From positions 26,695 through 90,694 of the forward strand of contig DAZE01000021.1 of NCBI GenBank assembly GCA_002507175.1: a stretch of DNA of 64,000 nucleotides, written 5' to 3'. Origin of the DNA: Euryarchaeota archaeon UBA558 (GTDB lineage: Archaea; Thermoplasmatota; Poseidoniia; Poseidoniales; Thalassarchaeaceae). Every line of letters begins with the position of its first letter. Positions within the stretch are counted from its first letter, which is position 1. The position numbers and the translations under genes are program-made. Below are positions 8,839-17,547 of this stretch, in pieces. The notes under the pieces are model-generated. The model had not been told where the DNA came from, searched no databases, and was given only the letters and a program-made list of their open reading frames with translations.

Positions 8839-9600
8839 TCACGAGTTCCTGACATGAGTGCCCCTGAATTTCAAGCCCTGCATCGCAGATTCTAGGGCTT
8901 CCAGATCCGAGCCATCTAGAATGTGTAGTTCGATACATGCCTCTCTAGCATGCATGGCCCCCACTGGGTCTACTACCGATCTAGCCCCTGCTTTATGCGC
9001 AGCGGGATCTCCAACTATTGCCCTGAGTTCATCATGACTCATGCTTTCAATCGGTGTTGCATCCGAATCGGCATTTGGGTCGGATGAGTAAACATGTGAC
9101 ACGTTTGTCGCGATGATGCAGTCACTGGCAGACATTTCTCGAGCGACTTTAATCGCCACGCAATCGGTAGTGTGGCCGGGATGGGTACCCCCCATGACTA
9201 CAATCCCGGAATCTATCAATCCAACAGCCTCAGAGACAGATGTTGGCAAACCGCTAGCTACGTTTATGCCATGGGCGATAAGACACTCTCGTACGATTGT
9301 TGCATTCAGACGAGTGGCAGAAATCCCTACCCTGTCGAGCGCTTCCACTGAATCCGTGGAACCAACAAGCATATCGATTCCATTTCTTGCGGCATCGCCG
9401 CCTCCGACCACTACTACGGTCCTGTGGTTCTGAGAGGACCTTGTTTCCAGAATCCTAGCAATCCCCTCTATCCATTTGTTGAATCCCATCGAATTGCCAC
9501 TTAGCAGGCTTCCACCAAGTGCCAAAACACGTCCGTCCACGCTGAGCGCAAACGGTTTACATCTATCAACGCACTCGTCTCCTTGCCCCACAGGCTTCAT
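8839..9600 (-). CDS. pyrH: uridylate kinase, archaeal type
   Basis: Amino-acid-kinase fold motifs LALGGSLL, VVVVGGGDAARNGI, GGTHPGHTTDCVAIKVA and ATNVSHVYSSDP. Confidence 0.8.
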   Translation of the reverse strand: MKPVGQGDECVDRCKPFALSVDGRVLALGGSLLSGNSMGFNKWIEGIARILETRSSQNHRTVVVVGGGDAARNGIDMLVGSTDSVEALDRVGISATRLNATIVRECLIAHGINVASGLPTSVSEAVGLIDSGIVVMGGTHPGHTTDCVAIKVAREMSASDCIIATNVSHVYSSDPNADSDATPIESMSHDELRAIVGDPAAHKAGARSVVDPVGAMHAREACIELHILDGSDLEALESAMQGLKFRGTHVRNS

Positions 9601-9636
9601 CAGTCTGGCCCTGTTAGTCGGGTACAGGTAGCAGCC

Positions 9637-10884
9637 ATGTCAGATGATCCCGAACAGCAATACCGTCGACTTAGGCTCAAAAAAGCCTTGGAAGATCTAA
9701 GGGGGATGAAAGGGATGGGGACGGAACTGGTTTCCGTGATCATTCCTCCAGACAAGAAGATACATGACGTCAGGCAACAACTTTCACAAGAAGCCGGTCA
9801 GGCGGCGAATATCAAATCCAAATCAACCAAAAAACATGTTCAAGATGCGATTGAATCAGCCATAGCCACTCTAAACAGACACAGTACGCCCGGTGAACGC
9901 GGAATTGCCTTGTTCGTTGGACACGTGATTGTCGGAAACAATAAGACTAGGCTGGTTTCAATTGTCGTCGATGACCCGCCCGATGTAATTCAGTCATTCA
10001 GGTACAGATGCGATTCGAGTTTTGAGATCTCTCAACTAGAGGAGATGCTGATTGATCGTACCTCTTACGGCCTATTCGTCATAGACAGAGGCGAGGCCGC
10101 CTACGGCATAGCAACAGGAAAAAGAATACACTGCCAGGAAGAACTGCAAAGCAATATCATGGGAAAACACAGGCAAGGAGGTCAGTCAGCACAGAGATTT
10201 GAACGACTAATTGAAGAGGCGGCCCACAATTTCTTCAAGAGGGCCACTGAGCATGCATGTTCCTATTGGCTTCCAAATATCGAAAACATAAGAGGAATAA
10301 TTATCGGGGGGCCTGGCGGCACAAAGGACTTCGTCATGAAGAATGATTACTTGCATCACGAGATAAAGAAACTTGTTAGAGAGCCCTATTTCGACGTAGG
10401 CTATTCGAATGAGAGCGGGTTAAGAGAATTGGTACAGAGGGCTGGTGCCCTGATGGACAAAATCGACTTGGATGCTGAACGGGAACTTGTGGACAGATTT
10501 CTGAGAGAGGTAATGCAAACGAATCCCAAAGCTACATTCGGCGAGGTTCTGATCAGGGCTGCACTAGAACAAGGCGCAGTGGAGACACTTCTTCTCTCCG
10601 AAGGACTCAGGATAAGGCGAGTAGGATGGACTTGCAAGGCATGCAAACACGAATGGCAAACCTCTCAACAGTCGAGGACGGATATACCAACCTGTCCCGA
10701 CTGCGGTGCTGATTCACCAAATGAGGACGAAGGAAGGACGATGGATATCGTAGATGAGTTGAGCCTCCTTGCCACACGAACCTCTGCAAACGTCTCACTT
10801 GTTTCGTTAGATTCGGAAGAGGGTGCGACCCTCGCCAATAGCTTTGGTGGGATTGCAGCCATCCTAAGGTACCCATGGAATTGA
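9637..10884 (+). CDS. prf1: peptide chain release factor aRF1
   Basis: NIKS (ANIKSKS), YxCxxxF (YRCDSSF) and GGQ (GGQSAQRF) motifs are all present. The ATG at 9637 is preferred because the track start at 9583 is TTG and overlaps pyrH. Confidence 0.9.
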   Translation: MSDDPEQQYRRLRLKKALEDLRGMKGMGTELVSVIIPPDKKIHDVRQQLSQEAGQAANIKSKSTKKHVQDAIESAIATLNRHSTPGERGIALFVGHVIVGNNKTRLVSIVVDDPPDVIQSFRYRCDSSFEISQLEEMLIDRTSYGLFVIDRGEAAYGIATGKRIHCQEELQSNIMGKHRQGGQSAQRFERLIEEAAHNFFKRATEHACSYWLPNIENIRGIIIGGPGGTKDFVMKNDYLHHEIKKLVREPYFDVGYSNESGLRELVQRAGALMDKIDLDAERELVDRFLREVMQTNPKATFGEVLIRAALEQGAVETLLLSEGLRIRRVGWTCKACKHEWQTSQQSRTDIPTCPDCGADSPNEDEGRTMDIVDELSLLATRTSANVSLVSLDSEEGATLANSFGGIAAILRYPWN

Positions 10885-10888
10885 TCAC

Positions 10889-12625
10889 ATGCGAGAGTTG
10901 TTTGACCCTGTCGCCAAAGGTCTCGCAGGCGTGTTGATCGATCTTGGGCTTGATGCCGTGGAACCAAAGTCAATTGTCGGGGGTGCCACTGACAAATCGC
11001 ATGGCGACATAGCAATCCCATTTCACAAGTTTGCGGGGGTTTTGAGGAGGCCACCAGCAGAAATCGCAGAGGAGGCAGCCGGAAAACTATCCCCATATCT
11101 GGATCAAATCGCACATGTAAGCTCCAAATCGGGCTTCGTCAACGTCACAGCAACTCCGAAATGGCTCTCTTCCAGATTAGTGGAGTTCTGTGCTCATACC
11201 TCATTCGGTGTTGATAGGGATTCACTGAGAAAGGTTGTCGTGGACTATTCATCTCCAAACATAGCTAAGGAAATGCACGTGGGCCATCTCAGGTCAACCG
11301 TGATTGGCGACTCCCTAGTCCGTATTCTTGAGGCAAAGGGGAATAAGGTCATCCGCGAAAACCACATAGGTGATTGGGGAACTCCATTTGGAATGCTAAT
11401 AGAAAGGCTGGAGGACCTAGACTCATCGGGGATAGACCCCGACGAGGCACTGTCGGATTTAGGGCAGTTCTACAGGGATGCCCGCGCGCAGTTCGATGGC
11501 GATGAAAAGTTTCGAGCTAGAGCTAGAGCCAGGGTCGTATCCCTCCAAACAGGGGATGGGCCCACTTTGAGGAGGTGGAGGCAACTGGTAGACATATCGA
11601 TGAGTCATTTCCAGGAAGTTTACGTATTGCTTGACGTTCTTCTAACCGAGGATGATGTGATGGGCGAATCAAAGTATGATCACCTATTACCGGACGTAGT
11701 AGAGAGACTCCAGAAAAAGGGATTGCTCGAGTCAAATGAAGGTGCCTCTGTCATATATCCAGGAGATTGGGTAAATAGGGATGGGGACCCCCTCCCATTG
11801 ATTATCAAAAAGAGGGATGGGGGATACAACTACGCTACATCTGATCTTGCATGCATCATAGATAGGGTAGAAAGACTTCAAGCCGAGGATATGGTTTACG
11901 TTGTCGGCGCTGAGCAGAAGCAGCACTTCGAGATGGTTTTTGCCAGTGCGAGAAAGTGTGGCTTGATCGATAGCCGCCACACCACAAGCCACGTACCCTT
12001 TGGGCTTGTGCTAGGCCCTGGTGGCGGGAAACTGAAAAGCCGCAGTGGGGGGGCAGTAAAACTTCTGGATTTACTGAACGAGGCGATCGATAGGGCCTCG
12101 GCCTCTGTCAAAGGCAGGAACCCCGATATAACGCAAGAAGAGTTGGGAAGGCTGTCCAGAAGCATCGGTATAGGAGCAGTAAAGTACTCAGATCTTAAAT
12201 CAGACAGGACCAAAGACTACGTTTTCGACTGGGAAAAAATGCTTAGCTTCGAGGGAGAGACAGGTCCCTATCTGCAGTATGCACATGCTAGGATCTCAAG
12301 TATACTGAGAAACGAGAAATTTCGACAATCAAAATCAGGCCCCACCTCTTTTTCACTCGAGCATGAGTTAGAGATGAGGTTGGCTCGTGAAATTCTGAAA
12401 TACCCCGATTCCGTAGATCAAGCCGCAGAGGATCTAGCGCCACATCGCATCTGCAAACAACTGCATAGATTATCTCAGGCCTTTGCTGCTTTTTATGAGA
12501 ACTGTCCAGTGTTGGTGGAAGATGACAACACCAGGAACGAGAGACTTGCCCTTTGTAGAATCACTGGCGGGATTCTGAACCATGGTTTGAACCTACTTGG
12601 GATTGATTCACCAGATAGAATGTAG
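10889..12625 (+). CDS. argS: arginine--tRNA ligase
   Basis: 578 aa with the class I HIGH region SSPNIAKEMHVGHLRSTVIGD and a DALR-type anticodon-binding C-terminus ending in M. It starts 4 nt after the prf1 stop. Confidence 0.9.
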   Translation: MRELFDPVAKGLAGVLIDLGLDAVEPKSIVGGATDKSHGDIAIPFHKFAGVLRRPPAEIAEEAAGKLSPYLDQIAHVSSKSGFVNVTATPKWLSSRLVEFCAHTSFGVDRDSLRKVVVDYSSPNIAKEMHVGHLRSTVIGDSLVRILEAKGNKVIRENHIGDWGTPFGMLIERLEDLDSSGIDPDEALSDLGQFYRDARAQFDGDEKFRARARARVVSLQTGDGPTLRRWRQLVDISMSHFQEVYVLLDVLLTEDDVMGESKYDHLLPDVVERLQKKGLLESNEGASVIYPGDWVNRDGDPLPLIIKKRDGGYNYATSDLACIIDRVERLQAEDMVYVVGAEQKQHFEMVFASARKCGLIDSRHTTSHVPFGLVLGPGGGKLKSRSGGAVKLLDLLNEAIDRASASVKGRNPDITQEELGRLSRSIGIGAVKYSDLKSDRTKDYVFDWEKMLSFEGETGPYLQYAHARISSILRNEKFRQSKSGPTSFSLEHELEMRLAREILKYPDSVDQAAEDLAPHRICKQLHRLSQAFAAFYENCPVLVEDDNTRNERLALCRITGGILNHGLNLLGIDSPDRM

Positions 12626-12665
12626 GTACCGGAGGGTTCCTGAACTCTGGCCTCCACGGGTGGGC

Positions 12666-13130
12666 ATGCTCAGCATCGGTGAAACCGCCCCTACTTTCCA
12701 ACTGACCGCACAAGACAAGTCGAAGTTCGACAGCCGTGAGCACGAGGGCTCCAGATTGGTGGTGGTCTTCTATCCAGCCGCATTTACGGGTGTCTGCACA
12801 GAGGAAATGTGCACGTTCACTGACCTCATGGCGGATCTAGAAAATTCAGGTTCCAATGTGGTGGGAATTTCGGTAGACGCACCATTTTCCAACGCTGCCT
12901 TCGCAAAGCAGAATAACATCCCCTTCCCACTACTTTCCGACGTACATAGGTCAGTGATTAATTCGTTCGGAGTCCCCTACAATGATTTTGTGATCGAAGG
13001 TTACACCGTTGCGACACGTTCGGTATTCGTGATTGATCCAGATGGCAGGATAAGCTACGCCTGGGCTGCGGAGAACCCCGGGGTTCAACCGGACTATGAG
13101 TCCGTTATCGCCCACTGTCTAAACAACTAG
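12666..13130 (+). CDS. peroxiredoxin (AhpC/TSA, Bcp-like)
   Basis: APTFQL...VVVFYPAAFTGVCT contains the peroxidatic Cys. The ATG at 12666 is preferred because the track start overlaps argS. Confidence 0.8.
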   Translation: MLSIGETAPTFQLTAQDKSKFDSREHEGSRLVVVFYPAAFTGVCTEEMCTFTDLMADLENSGSNVVGISVDAPFSNAAFAKQNNIPFPLLSDVHRSVINSFGVPYNDFVIEGYTVATRSVFVIDPDGRISYAWAAENPGVQPDYESVIAHCLNN

Positions 13131-13135
13131 GGAAT

Positions 13136-15817
13136 TCACTCATCGTTGGTTGATCCACGGGATCTCATTCCTATGATGACCAGTCCGATGGCCACCACAT
13201 AGAGGCCGAAAGCAACGAAGTCAGCCATGTCATCGGTGGAGCCCTCGGCCCCGGTCCCAAAGTCAGTCCAGAAGAACATGCCCTGATTATCGATGACTGC
13301 AGAGACGAAACTCTCTGCGTCGTCGTCCCCGATCTCACTTGACGTGTGGATCTCAAACACTGGGTGTGTGTCTCCGGCGAACAATGGATCCATGAATCCT
13401 GGGCCTCTAGTGTCCAGATGGAAGGTTGATTTGCTCTTTCCGTACATCGCTATTCCTGTGATCTCCTCTACGTAGATGTCTACGTGGGATTCGAAGTATA
13501 CAGGCAATGCCCCTGGCATGACGTCTACGACTGAGCCAGAGCCAATCAGCTTGGCCTGTATCTGGTTCGAAGCCGGATCGAGCATCACTTGGTGGTGAAC
13601 CATCGGTATGCCCTTGAATTCCAATTCTCCGACGACCTCTGTGTTCGCAAGTGCGTAGCCGACCAAGTTGACTACTTGAGGGGATTGAGGATCAGCAGCG
13701 ATGCCGCCTATCGCCCCAGTCTGATCAGTGAAATCGTTCCCCACGTGTGATGATAGAAGCCCATAGGTCAGGTCCTCTGATGCTTGCGATCTCCATGGCA
13801 TGTCGGGCCCCATCGCATAAACATCTCCTGTTTCAGCGTCGAGGTAGCCCTCAGCGACTCGGAGCCCAGGAGTTCCTCCATTTACAGAGGTCGTCTCCTC
13901 ATAGACGCTGTAGTCTCCTGTTGAGAGGCCATCGCTACCGTAGTATGTCGCGTTGGTCTCAAGGCTGACCCAACTGTTCTCAGCCCCATAGAGGCCCGCT
14001 AGAACAGGATCAGACCAACCATATAGCCAGTTGTCCATCGATTGAGTGGTAAGCGGGCCAGATCCGTATTGGAAGTTCAGCAGCAGTCCGACGACTTGGT
14101 CGAACATCAAATCCTTGACCCACGACCTTAACAAGGAAGCATCCAGCTCAGATACGCCGTACATATTTGCGACGTGTGCATCGTCCCAAACGGTCTGCAC
14201 ACCGCCTGTGGCGGGTCCCTCGGCCGTCATTGGGAAGGTCATTCCCGACAATTCTCCGTACATGAACATCGTAGCCACGCTGGAGTCTGTAAGCGCATAT
14301 GGCCCGTCATAGAGGATCTCGTCTACTTTTTCAATAGGCAGATTCGTACCCTCTCCCGCAGCCATGTCCCTATTGAGGCCAACTGCTATGTTTCCTCCGG
14401 CCAAAGGCTCTTCGCCCCCGAAGGCCATCTTCCACCAGGTGTCGGCGTTGATTGTCCCAGCACCATTCGGGTTGAGGATCCTCAAGGGGAACTCGGAGTT
14501 CCCTAGTTGCCAGTCCCCGGGCCAATAGGCTACATCGCTCAGAGTAAGAATCCCAGGGAAATTGTATTCTTCGATCATGTCCATGTAGGCAGGGGGGCTT
14601 GCGGACAAGGGCAGCAGCATTAGAACAACTCCGTAAAGTGGAATGCCACTGAGATCTTGCTCAGCGAGGATGCCAGCAGGGTATCCCGTATCTTCGTTGA
14701 TTCCGTAGAGGAAATACTCTAAATCGTCCTCTGGGAAGTCATACCCGGTTAGGACTTCAACTCGGTGGCCGTTATCTTCTGCGACATCGGGGTGTATCCC
14801 TGCCCCATATTGCGACATTTTCAGTGCGGCTCCGGCATAGACTGCCCAATCCATCAAATTCAGTTCCACAGGGTCCGTGGAACCATATCCTAGCAAATCT
14901 GCCCTCAAGGGGGTTATTTCCGGGCTTGGAGCTCCCCATGCGGCGACCATCCATGGCCCATAGTCGCAGGTCAGTGCCATGCAGACCCCGCTGGTGGGAT
15001 CCACTGCATCATGCAGTATCGACTGAGCGGAAGCTGTGAAATCAGGCGACATCATATCGGCGCCGAGTGCACCTCTTGTGACGTCGTCTAATGTTGAATT
15101 CCATGCTGAGAAAAAGCCATCCATGACCATCGCGTCGGACATCGAGGCAACGGTAATTGCATCCAAGGTTCCGCCTGTCTGGGCCTGCACCATTGCGTTG
15201 GTGGACTGGACGATTCCGTCTATGTCCTGAGCTGTTTCCATGCTTGGTGCCAAGTACATCATGTCGTATGTCACCATGTTCTTTGAAAAACCAGCCTTGG
15301 CAAACTGCTCTCCATATTCGATTCCAGTGGATATTCCCGCCATTAACTGGGTATTCCATAGGATGTTTTGGTTGGTGATCAGTGTGTCTCCTGGCATTGA
15401 TTGGTGTGGTACTCCATCGGAATCTTCCCACACGCAATCAGAGCAGTGTTCGAACACGTCATAGGACGAGTAGGTCATGGTTCCATTATCTGAGTCCCAG
15501 CCGATGAGGTCATTGTGGACAGTGACATTGTAGATGAAAGGCCCCATGTGATCATATATCGGGTCTTCTCCATCCAAGGCTTCTGTGGGATTTGTAATTG
15601 AATAGGCAAAATATGTCCTCTGCGAGACAGACTCTTGCCAGTCCTCGTCCCCTGAGTAATCCTCCTCGTCGTCATAGGACGATTGTACCGTGTCCCTCAC
15701 GGTATCCAATGTCGCATCTGACACGTATGGTGCGAATGCGAATGCGTTCAATCCAATGAGGATAATTCCGACAATTAGGTAGGTCGTAGAGCGGTTGCTA
15801 GACATGCTATCGTGCAA
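13136..15817 (-). CDS. CD36/LIMP-2 (scavenger receptor class B) family-like protein with a large insertion; N- and C-terminal TM anchors
   Basis: 893 aa with the CD36-type hairpin topology: N-terminal TM YLIVGIILIGLNAFAF and C-terminal TM FVAFGLYVVAIGLVIIG. Residues 69-123, YFAYSITNPTEALDGEDPIYDHMGPFIYNV...DSDNGTMTYSSYDVFE, match LIMP-2 [29 protein letters not shown]...GDNGTTIS...AYVFE. Residues 594-606, MDNWLYGWSDPVL, match ELLWGY(K/R)D(E/P)xL. KGIP at aa 735 and PVYFESH...YVEEITGI match GIPVYRF, PVYISLPHF and DIEPITG. Confidence 0.65.
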   Translation of the reverse strand: MHDSMSSNRSTTYLIVGIILIGLNAFAFAPYVSDATLDTVRDTVQSSYDDEEDYSGDEDWQESVSQRTYFAYSITNPTEALDGEDPIYDHMGPFIYNVTVHNDLIGWDSDNGTMTYSSYDVFEHCSDCVWEDSDGVPHQSMPGDTLITNQNILWNTQLMAGISTGIEYGEQFAKAGFSKNMVTYDMMYLAPSMETAQDIDGIVQSTNAMVQAQTGGTLDAITVASMSDAMVMDGFFSAWNSTLDDVTRGALGADMMSPDFTASAQSILHDAVDPTSGVCMALTCDYGPWMVAAWGAPSPEITPLRADLLGYGSTDPVELNLMDWAVYAGAALKMSQYGAGIHPDVAEDNGHRVEVLTGYDFPEDDLEYFLYGINEDTGYPAGILAEQDLSGIPLYGVVLMLLPLSASPPAYMDMIEEYNFPGILTLSDVAYWPGDWQLGNSEFPLRILNPNGAGTINADTWWKMAFGGEEPLAGGNIAVGLNRDMAAGEGTNLPIEKVDEILYDGPYALTDSSVATMFMYGELSGMTFPMTAEGPATGGVQTVWDDAHVANMYGVSELDASLLRSWVKDLMFDQVVGLLLNFQYGSGPLTTQSMDNWLYGWSDPVLAGLYGAENSWVSLETNATYYGSDGLSTGDYSVYEETTSVNGGTPGLRVAEGYLDAETGDVYAMGPDMPWRSQASEDLTYGLLSSHVGNDFTDQTGAIGGIAADPQSPQVVNLVGYALANTEVVGELEFKGIPMVHHQVMLDPASNQIQAKLIGSGSVVDVMPGALPVYFESHVDIYVEEITGIAMYGKSKSTFHLDTRGPGFMDPLFAGDTHPVFEIHTSSEIGDDDAESFVSAVIDNQGMFFWTDFGTGAEGSTDDMADFVAFGLYVVAIGLVIIGMRSRGSTNDE

Positions 15818-15879
15818 CGCTAGGGGCCTTCACCGAATAAGTGTTGTAGTCTACACTTACTGTTTCGGGGAGTACTCTT

Positions 15880-17478
15880 TCAAATAAATCCGAATCCATC
15901 CAAAGTTTGAGCAAAGGTGTAGAGCATTATTGGGACGAGGATTATTCCCATGGCGTGACTTCTGCGAATACCTATCCTGGGCGGCATGAGCCCGATTGCA
16001 GTACCAATGATGAGCGTCCCTACTCCGACCCAGCCAGTTGAGAAGTATACCAAAATGGTCACAAAGATAGTCACTGCCAACACCAATGATCTGAGGGGAA
16101 TCAATTCATGGAGCCTCAACATACCTCTGCCCACTGCACTCATCATGGGAACAGCCAATAAGCCGGCAGCGATTGTGATACCGAGCAGACGTACGAAATC
16201 CGCAGGGGGTTCGACTGCCCCCCATATGTCTATTGGGTACATCATGTTAAGAGCCAAGGCGGCACCTGATCTGGGTCTCCCAACCATGTAAAGGAAGCCC
16301 AGTACCATTACTGTCACAGCTGTGTTGACCGATGATAGGATGGCGATAATTTCCAGATCCCTTTTCGGGTCATTGTACCTAGGGTCTAGGTCAGGTGTCG
16401 ACTCAACATCCCCCAAGGCGGCTTTAAACAGGTCCAGATCCTCATCGCTCAAGCCCTCATCATCCACTTTCATAACAGGATTGTTGGACTTAGAAATCGG
16501 ATTATCTAGGATACCATGCTCGAAATCCGCCGGAACATAATTTGGGTCAGTCAAGCGACCCCAAAAATTCCTCATCGACATCACAACGACGGTAGCTTGG
16601 GCAGCAGTCATCCCTGGGAGAATTGCCATCACACTGGATACCACCGCAGACAGAAATGTGGGTATCGCCAATGGACGCATTGGAGGAAGTTCCCAGTCGG
16701 GTTCTTGTGGCGGTATTTCGGACGATGTTACGTAAATGTCGATCAAATTCGCAATTCCAAAAAGGCCAGCAAGGCCAGGAAAGAGCAATGTCGCGGAAGG
16801 CATGCCAACTGGCGATCGTGCTGGTAGTTCAAAAACGGCCCATCCATAAAAGCCCGTCAGAAGGAAATATGCGGTCGCTACCAGAATACCAGCACTTCTC
16901 GAAGAATCAGTGAGTCGAAAATCCAGTGACCTTGCCTTGATGTTGAATTTTCTTCCTGCAATTGGTATCGTGAGGCCTACAGGTCTTCGGAATTCATACC
17001 TAAGCCCTCTCGTTAACTTTTGAAGTGGGTCTGGCCAGGGCAGCCTTGTTGTCTCTGTAAGGATCAGGAAGACTGAGATGAAAAGCAAAAGCCAAGGGAG
17101 TATGTCTCTACTCGTCTCATACAGGCCCAAACCTGGATTCTCCCCGAACATCAGCCTTGCCACTATCAACAGGGGTATAGACATCAAAAGCCCCATCTGG
17201 GAGCCCCTTGCTGAATACGCCACACCTTGAGCTGCCTGTCCGGAGATAAGCATCCTGTGGCCGGGCAATAGTGCGAGTGCCATATTGTCGTCAGGAGCTC
17301 CGACCAGGGCACTCGGAATGTAATTGAGGAATGTGTGCACGGTCCCACAAGCAACGATTATGCCTGCAACTGCGTCTAGTGGTATTCCAATTCCAACAGC
17401 CACTGGTGACAGAGATAGGGCGATCAGGGCCACATTGTTGACGTGAAAACCCGGTATTAATCCAGTCAGACTGCCCAA
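15880..17478 (-). CDS. TctA/DUF112-family polytopic membrane permease with acidic cytoplasmic insert
   Basis: 532 aa and highly hydrophobic. GLIPGFH and GAPDDNMALALLPGHRMLISGQAAQGVAYSARGS resemble TctA signature regions. A central acidic loop reads DDEGLSDEDLDLFKAALGD. Confidence 0.55.
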   Translation of the reverse strand: MGSLTGLIPGFHVNNVALIALSLSPVAVGIGIPLDAVAGIIVACGTVHTFLNYIPSALVGAPDDNMALALLPGHRMLISGQAAQGVAYSARGSQMGLLMSIPLLIVARLMFGENPGLGLYETSRDILPWLLLFISVFLILTETTRLPWPDPLQKLTRGLRYEFRRPVGLTIPIAGRKFNIKARSLDFRLTDSSRSAGILVATAYFLLTGFYGWAVFELPARSPVGMPSATLLFPGLAGLFGIANLIDIYVTSSEIPPQEPDWELPPMRPLAIPTFLSAVVSSVMAILPGMTAAQATVVVMSMRNFWGRLTDPNYVPADFEHGILDNPISKSNNPVMKVDDEGLSDEDLDLFKAALGDVESTPDLDPRYNDPKRDLEIIAILSSVNTAVTVMVLGFLYMVGRPRSGAALALNMMYPIDIWGAVEPPADFVRLLGITIAAGLLAVPMMSAVGRGMLRLHELIPLRSLVLAVTIFVTILVYFSTGWVGVGTLIIGTAIGLMPPRIGIRRSHAMGIILVPIMLYTFAQTLDGFGFI

Positions 17479-17547
17479 TGCTACTCCAATTATGAATGAT
17501 CCAATGAGCCAAGCAAAATCAGAGAGAAGGGGATCCAGACAACCACC

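Noticed and set aside
15839-15858. Inverted repeat AAGTGT-n8-ACACTT between the TctA-like and CD36-like genes
   Set aside because: The stem is only 6 bp with no adjacent T-tract. That is too weak to call a terminator or regulatory hairpin without computation.
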